Source of the DNA: Oligoflexales bacterium
GTDB lineage: Bacteria; Bdellovibrionota_B; Oligoflexia; Oligoflexales; JAPPIL01
Length of the DNA stretch: 64,000 bases
Assembly (NCBI GenBank): GCA_965215515.1
Contig: OZ244057.1
Span: forward strand, 1,248,001-1,312,000
Direction: 5' to 3'
Below the pieces are notes generated by a model, which saw only the letters and a list, made by a program, of their open reading frames with translations, did no database searches and was not told the DNA's origin. The translations under genes were made by a program, and so were the position numbers. Shown piece by piece: positions 58,559 through 64,000 of this stretch. Every line of letters starts with the position of its first letter. Position 1 is the stretch's first letter.

Positions 58559-59356
58559 TTGAAAGATATTCTCAAAAAACAAAAAATAAAAAAACGCTTC
58601 TTGACAAGAAAATTTTTGTTGTTTTTGACCTTACCCCTCATCTTCCTCGGTATCGGCTGGCTATGGTGGCGTGATGCAGAAACCACGACCACCCAAATCT
58701 TGTGGGCAACAGAAGTGAAAACAACCGATGCGTCCCCGCTGCCCCCACGCGTGAAGGAGTTCGTCATCACCACGGTAGGCCAATACCTGCACGACGGAGC
58801 ACGGGCACGCTTGCAGGAAACCGCAGCCGCACTCGGAGCGGACGCACAGCTGGCAGCCGTGCAGATTATCAAAACCGCACACGATCGCGTTGTGGTCTAT
58901 GTCGATGTCCGTCGCCCCATCTCGGTGGTGCGGGTCAACGGTAAGCTGCGCTACCTCAGTCGACAAGGCGATATCTACGGATCGGCACGTGCGATGGAGG
59001 TTTACCCAGCGCTAGAAGGTGTTCTCGACACAACACGAGAGTACGTTCGTGACGAAGACGGCTTGTACGTGCTGAGCGATACAGAACAAGCAAACGTGCG
59101 GCAGGCACTAGAACTACTGCAAATGACGATGCAGAACGGCTTCATCTGTGAGAAAATAATCTACGAGCAGTATCGTGGTTGGCAAGCCAAAATCGAAGAT
59201 GTCGCCGCACGGGTTTTTTTCGGCCACGCACCGTTCGCCGCGAAATTGCAAAAACTGCAGGACATTCTAGCCTCGCTACGCGCTAAAAACACCCAAGCGG
59301 CACGTATCGAGCTGGACTATGAGGATAAGGCATTCGTGCAGCAGAAAAAAATATAG
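58559..59356 (+). CDS. ftsQ: Cell division protein FtsQ (divergent)
   Basis: Basic N-tail, single TM, RIELDY C-terminus; between ftsW and ftsA. Confidence 0.7.
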   Translation: MKDILKKQKIKKRFLTRKFLLFLTLPLIFLGIGWLWWRDAETTTTQILWATEVKTTDASPLPPRVKEFVITTVGQYLHDGARARLQETAAALGADAQLAAVQIIKTAHDRVVVYVDVRRPISVVRVNGKLRYLSRQGDIYGSARAMEVYPALEGVLDTTREYVRDEDGLYVLSDTEQANVRQALELLQMTMQNGFICEKIIYEQYRGWQAKIEDVAARVFFGHAPFAAKLQKLQDILASLRAKNTQAARIELDYEDKAFVQQKKI

Positions 59357-59370
59357 CAAAGGCGGAGCTG

Positions 59371-60543
59371 ATGAGTGACATTTTTGCCCTGGATCTGGGG
59401 ACAACCAAATTCTGTCTGGCTGCATACCAAGGAGGACGCAAACTCGATCTCTGTGTACTGCCCGCAGGTGGAGTGCACCGCGGCATGCTATCTGACTTCA
59501 ATGCCGCCAAGTGGGTATTGTTAGAATTGATCGATGCGGCGGAAAGAAAATTCAACACCCGCATCCGCGCCGTGACCGTGGGCGTAACAGGCAACCATCT
59601 GCATCATTACCGCGCCTTTGCACAAACCAAAGTTACCACCCCGCGCCTGACTGCCACCACCCTGAAAACCCTGCAGGAAACAGCACGTGTCAGCGCACGC
59701 CGTGACAAACGGGAGATTCTGCACGTTATGCCGCTGCGCTACCGCATCGATCGACGGGAATGGTTGCGCAACCCCCTCGGTTTTAGCGGCGATAACCTCG
59801 AAGCGGAGTTTTTCACGATCGATTCAGATCGCCATTATCTCGCAGACCTGCTAAATCTCTGCAACGACACAGGCCTAGAGGTCAAAAAATTCTCCGCCGA
59901 GTCGATCGCCTCAGCCAGCGTGACGTTATCCGACAACGAGAAGGAAATGGGAGTCGCGCTCGTCGATATAGGAGGAGGCACAGCAGACGGTATCATCTTC
60001 ATCAACGGTGTCCCCCACCACTCGTTTTCAATCGCCGTGGCAGGCAGTCTTGCCACCCAAGACCTGTCGTATGGCTTGAATATCTCACAACAAGACGCAG
60101 AGCTGGTGAAACAACACTTCGGGCTGGTGACCAGCGATTTAAAAAAGACCCTCGATCTGTTCGATCTCAACCAGAAAAAACTGCAAGTCTCCTGGCGTAA
60201 CGTCTACCCCGTGCTCGCCCCACGCATCGACGAGTTTGCCCATCTGCTGCACAGCGAACTGCTACCTTTCCAGCGTTTGCTGCGCGGCGGGATAGCCCTG
60301 ACAGGTGGTGGCTCACAACTACTCGACCTCGCTCCCTACCTGAAAGCCAGTCTGCAAATCAACACCTGGAAAATCGTACCCCGTATCGACATCGATGTCG
60401 GTAACAGCTTCGACCTCAAATACGCCACGGCACTCGGTCTGCTCAACCTCTGCATGGACGCAGACCGCCCGCGCCCCCACGACCAGCCGCCAGGTTACCT
60501 GCGCTCGTTCTTCGGCTGGATAAGAGAACTGTCACAGCCGTAA
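59371..60543 (+). CDS. ftsA: Cell division protein FtsA
   Basis: ALDLGTTK, NPLG..G, EKEMGVALVDIGGGT, LTGGGSQL, YATALGL. Confidence 0.9.
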   Translation: MSDIFALDLGTTKFCLAAYQGGRKLDLCVLPAGGVHRGMLSDFNAAKWVLLELIDAAERKFNTRIRAVTVGVTGNHLHHYRAFAQTKVTTPRLTATTLKTLQETARVSARRDKREILHVMPLRYRIDRREWLRNPLGFSGDNLEAEFFTIDSDRHYLADLLNLCNDTGLEVKKFSAESIASASVTLSDNEKEMGVALVDIGGGTADGIIFINGVPHHSFSIAVAGSLATQDLSYGLNISQQDAELVKQHFGLVTSDLKKTLDLFDLNQKKLQVSWRNVYPVLAPRIDEFAHLLHSELLPFQRLLRGGIALTGGGSQLLDLAPYLKASLQINTWKIVPRIDIDVGNSFDLKYATALGLLNLCMDADRPRPHDQPPGYLRSFFGWIRELSQP

Positions 60544-60657
60544 CTAACTAGCCCACAGGGGCATCGACCTCCTCCCCACATAAAAAGCGCTTGCTTCTAG
60601 AACACATCTGCTGCTAGCATGGCACCCGCACACGTGGGAACTTAGCGAGAACGAAAA

Positions 60658-60912
60658 GTGGCGACCAAGAAGGCAGGTGGTGCGAGCAAGAACGGGCGAG
60701 ACTCCAACGCCCAGCGACGCGGAGTCAAGGTGTTCGGTGGTGCGCACATCAAGACGGGCGGTATTATCGTGCGGCAAGTGGGCTGCACCTTCCACGCAGG
60801 GACTGGTGTCGGACGAGGCAAGGACTTTACCCTCTTCGCCCTGACGGACGGTAAGGTCACGTTCGAGCGTTTTGGCAAATCTGGCAAGCGAGTCACCGTC
60901 GTCAGTGCATGA
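60658..60912 (+). CDS. rpmA: 50S ribosomal protein L27
   Basis: [31 protein letters not shown]. Confidence 0.95.
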   Translation: MATKKAGGASKNGRDSNAQRRGVKVFGGAHIKTGGIIVRQVGCTFHAGTGVGRGKDFTLFALTDGKVTFERFGKSGKRVTVVSA

Positions 60913-61859
60913 TCAGAAACCTCGTCGATACCATCAACATAGATGTCCACTCAGGTGCTGGCGGTAACGGTGTCGTCAGCTTTCATAAACTGAAAACCAA
61001 AAAGCGTGCCATCCCCGACGGCGGCAACGGCGGCAAAGGTGGCAATGTCTATTTCCGCGGACAGACAAGCCTCGACGATCTGCGCCACCTCAAGACCAAC
61101 ACCCTACGCGCCGCAGCTGGCAAAGACGGAGGCAAGGGGAGCAAAACAGGCGAAGACGGCGCACCCCTAATCGTCAACGTGCCGCTCGGCACACGCGTGC
61201 TCGATCGTACCCACGGCCACCTGCTACTAGAAATCAACACCACTGACCGCCAATTGCTGCTTACAGGCGGTAAGTCTGGCCACGGCAACACAGGCTCGCA
61301 ACGCCACACCGCCACCCGCGGCGAAAAAGGCGACCAGCTCGCCATCACCCTCGACTACCGCCTGCCACTCGATGTCGGGATCGTCGGTCTTGCCAACACA
61401 GGCAAATCAACCCTACTCAGCCGTATCAGCTCCGCCCGCCCCCCGATCGAAGACTACCCGCTCACCACACGCTGGCCACAAATCGGTATCTGCGCTCCAC
61501 ACACCGATTTTTTCGACAACCCCCTGACAATAGTGGAAATTCCCGCCCTCACCAGCACGCAAGGGGAAAAATTCCTCAAACACTTACTGCGCGGCAAACT
61601 TATCATCTACTGCATCGCAACGAATAACCCACCTCTATCCACCCAATTCGCTGCGCTGCAACGCAGACTAACCACCTACAACGAAGCTTTACGCCACAAA
61701 CAAGCATTGATCGTCACCTGTCACCACCCCACCCCAGCACCACCACACATCGTGTACGAAGGCAGACGCATAGAGGTCGTGCCTATGCCCGCCGACACCG
61801 ATACCAGCAAGGCACTGCAACACAAAATTCTACAACTCTGGCGACAAGCACGTGAATAA
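60909..61859 (+). CDS. obg: Obg/CgtA GTPase, G3/G4 motifs degenerate
   Basis: Gly-rich Obg fold ([21 protein letters not shown]), G1 GLANTGKS, G2 DYPLTT; follows rpmA. Confidence 0.85.
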   Translation: MIRNLVDTINIDVHSGAGGNGVVSFHKLKTKKRAIPDGGNGGKGGNVYFRGQTSLDDLRHLKTNTLRAAAGKDGGKGSKTGEDGAPLIVNVPLGTRVLDRTHGHLLLEINTTDRQLLLTGGKSGHGNTGSQRHTATRGEKGDQLAITLDYRLPLDVGIVGLANTGKSTLLSRISSARPPIEDYPLTTRWPQIGICAPHTDFFDNPLTIVEIPALTSTQGEKFLKHLLRGKLIIYCIATNNPPLSTQFAALQRRLTTYNEALRHKQALIVTCHHPTPAPPHIVYEGRRIEVVPMPADTDTSKALQHKILQLWRQARE

Positions 61860-62511
61860 TCTCCCCGACCCCGATCTTATCATCTACGGCGGTACATTCG
61901 ACCCACCGCACAACGGACACCTGCTCTGCGTCAAACTCGCCCAACAACGCTTCCCCTACGCCACAATACTAGTCTGCCCTGCCTACGTACCGCTACGCGA
62001 TGCGACCTCTGTGCCCAAACAGACACGACTCGACTTCAAGACACGCCTGCAGCTGACACAGGCCGTGTTCGCCGCTGAGAAAATCACCATCTCCGACCTC
62101 GAAGCACACCTGCCACGCCCCACCCTGACCGCTAACACACTACAGACAGTGCGCAAAAAATTTCCCCGCCACCGCCTCGCACTGCTGCTGGGACAAGATC
62201 AATTCAGCACCTTGCGTGACTGGCAACGAGTAGAGGAGATAACCACCTGCTGTGATATTATCGTGGCACGACGCACCGCTGCCGCCCCCCTAGCAGACAG
62301 CGCGACACAACTAGCCCACCGCCTCACCACCGACCTTAGCTGGGACAGTCAACGACAACGTTACGCCGACAATAATTTTTCTGTCTATCTCTTAGCGGCA
62401 GAATGGCTTAATATCTCCAGCACCGCCGTGCGCCGACAGCTGCAACACAACACAGCTTTTTTGTCGGACGTGCCGACGGTAGTAGCGGATTTTTTTAGGA
62501 AAAATGAGTAA
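61852..62511 (+). CDS. nadD: Nicotinate-nucleotide adenylyltransferase
   Basis: YGGTFDPPHNGH, LLGQD, ISSTAVR. Confidence 0.9.
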   Translation: MNNLPDPDLIIYGGTFDPPHNGHLLCVKLAQQRFPYATILVCPAYVPLRDATSVPKQTRLDFKTRLQLTQAVFAAEKITISDLEAHLPRPTLTANTLQTVRKKFPRHRLALLLGQDQFSTLRDWQRVEEITTCCDIIVARRTAAAPLADSATQLAHRLTTDLSWDSQRQRYADNNFSVYLLAAEWLNISSTAVRRQLQHNTAFLSDVPTVVADFFRKNE

Positions 62512-62905
62512 CCGTTTGGAACTTAACCTGCCATCACCACCAGATCTCCCCTGGACATCCGTGCGCACACTGGCACTGGCACGTCTGGCCTGGCACGCCG
62601 CCCTGCAGCGCAAAGCAGAACAACCGCAGTTGCTCGACCTGCGCGGCCTGTCGGGCGTTTGCGATTACCAATTCGTCTGCAGCGGAGCTAACCCACGCCA
62701 AACAAAAGCAATTAGCTTGACAATCGCAGAACAGATATGGACTACCCACACCCTCCACCCACAAGCGATCGAAGGACAGCCACAAGGTGAATGGATTTCC
62801 ATGGACTACGGACTGCTCATTATCCATATTTTTCGCCGTGAGGTGCGTTCTTACTATGAGTTTGATACACTCTGGCCGCAAGCCAGACACCTCAGTCTGC
62901 AATGA
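62504..62905 (+). CDS. rsfS: Ribosome silencing factor RsfS
   Basis: KAE...LDL, DYQFVCSG, EG...WISMDYG, HIF...R.YY...LW. Confidence 0.88.
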   Translation: MSNRLELNLPSPPDLPWTSVRTLALARLAWHAALQRKAEQPQLLDLRGLSGVCDYQFVCSGANPRQTKAISLTIAEQIWTTHTLHPQAIEGQPQGEWISMDYGLLIIHIFRREVRSYYEFDTLWPQARHLSLQ

Positions 62906-63530
62906 CAACCCCAGTTGCCTGCTGTGCTACGACAACAGCAGTCGTATCTGTGCCTCCTGCCACGCGCAACTAGCACGGCAAGCGCTGCGCTACAGCTGTG
63001 CCATTACCCCGCACTTGCGCGCGATAGCACTCTACCCCTACGTCTCCCCTTGGCGCGAGCTCATCCTGCGCGTCAAAATCGTCGGCAGCCTGCGCGCGCG
63101 CAACGCCCTGCTGCGCCTGCTCGCCGACCTGCGCCAGCTGCCACGTCCACAAATCATCGTGCCCGCGCCATCGAGTCTCTGGAGTCGCCTACGCGGTAAA
63201 CACGACTTGGCCTGGATGCTGGCACGGCATCTCGCCACACGGATGAAGATACCGCTCATCGAAGCACCGCTCTTTACCCACTGGCGACTGCGCAAACAAG
63301 CAAAGGCAAGACACGACGAAATACACCGTGCGCCACACCTGCCTGCCAGTCTGCGCCGCCTGATGTTGCCACGACTGACAGGGAAAAAAATTTTGCTCGT
63401 CGATGATGTCATCACTAGCGGGGCAACGATGCGGCACTTAGCGGCGCTGTTTCCCGACAACGAAGTCAGTGCCTTTGCCCTCTGTATGTCACCCAACAAT
63501 AATTTTGTGCGTCACAGGAGATGGTCATGA
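62856..63530 (+). CDS. comF: ComF family phosphoribosyltransferase-like protein
   Basis: CLLC..ICASC zinc ribbon, ILLVDDVITSGAT; start uncertain. Confidence 0.8.
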   Translation: MSLIHSGRKPDTSVCNDNPSCLLCYDNSSRICASCHAQLARQALRYSCAITPHLRAIALYPYVSPWRELILRVKIVGSLRARNALLRLLADLRQLPRPQIIVPAPSSLWSRLRGKHDLAWMLARHLATRMKIPLIEAPLFTHWRLRKQAKARHDEIHRAPHLPASLRRLMLPRLTGKKILLVDDVITSGATMRHLAALFPDNEVSAFALCMSPNNNFVRHRRWS

Positions 63531-64000
63531 CTCCAATGCTGCAACAGTACTTCGCTCTGAAAAAAGAATGCGGCGAGGCAGTGCTGTTTTTTCGTATGGG
63601 AGATTTCTACGAAATTTTTGGTGATGATGCCCTAACCGTCGCTCCCCTGCTGAACATCTTACTGACCAACCGCAACCGCAATGAGAAGATGCCCTTCTGC
63701 GGCGTGCCACACCACAGCTACAGACCACACTGTCGCAAGCTGCTCGCCCACGGCTTCAAAGTCGCCCTCGCGGAACAGATTACCCACGCCACCGCAGCAG
63801 GTGAAGGCATTATCGGACGTGAAATCGTTAGAATTATCACCCCTGGCCTGCACAACGATCTCGACGACCTCGATGACGACAAACCCAACTATCTCGCATC
63901 GTTGTACGAAGACCCGCAGAGCAAACACTGGTCGGTACTGCTGGCGGACGTTTCGACGGGTGAATTGCGTCTCGGGACACTCGCCGATGCTGCACATGCC
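63527..64000 (+). CDS. mutS: DNA mismatch repair protein MutS (5' part; runs off window)
   Basis: MTPMLQQYFALKKE...LFFRMGDFYEIFGDDA, PFCGVPHH, IITPG. Confidence 0.95.
   Translation, partial: MTPMLQQYFALKKECGEAVLFFRMGDFYEIFGDDALTVAPLLNILLTNRNRNEKMPFCGVPHHSYRPHCRKLLAHGFKVALAEQITHATAAGEGIIGREIVRIITPGLHNDLDDLDDDKPNYLASLYEDPQSKHWSVLLADVSTGELRLGTLADAAHA

Noticed and set aside
62902..62905. ATGA overlap suggesting comF starts at 62902 with a frameshift
   Set aside because: That ATG is out of frame with the zinc ribbon, and an in-frame ATG exists at 62856; frameshift not supported
1..64000. CRISPR arrays, IS elements, prophage, rRNA, defence systems
   Set aside because: No regularly spaced repeats and no transposase, integrase, phage or cas motifs recognised

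Overview
A gene-dense 64 kb chromosomal segment. Gene content suggests a Bdellovibrionota/Oligoflexia-like bacterium (inference from a myxobacterial/Bdellovibrio-type OM beta-barrel, many orphan and vWA lipoproteins, a Hanks-type kinase with PEGA domain, and PilT). Housekeeping blocks: bamD, tonB, tmk, an acyl-CoA carboxyltransferase, parAB, icmF, prkA-yeaH-spoVR, nusA-infB-rbfA, tRNA-Asn, rpsU, tRNA-Cys, aroC, queA, scpAB-rluB, ftsW-ftsQ-ftsA, rpmA-obg-nadD-rsfS-comF-mutS. These alternate with orphan secreted or lipoprotein genes. I saw no mobile element, CRISPR array or rRNA. Highlights: (1) a single-chain LuxE+LuxC-like fatty-acid reductase fusion coupled to queA, with no luciferase in the window; (2) about 10 sigma28/FliA-like promoters in front of orphan surface proteins, a protease, pilT and the kinase, a candidate attack-phase-like regulon; (3) a dispersed ~95-aa two-Cys module (4 copies in 3 lipoproteins); (4) a lipoprotein built from two 11-Cys repeats coupled to a vWA adhesin; (5) a saw-tooth strand-composition skew that flips at AT-rich spacers, with motif-degenerate ParA and Obg in the most skewed zones; (6) operons missing usual members (murG/murC/ddl/ftsZ, rimP/truB, rplU). 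All family calls come from motif recognition by eye; no database searches were run.
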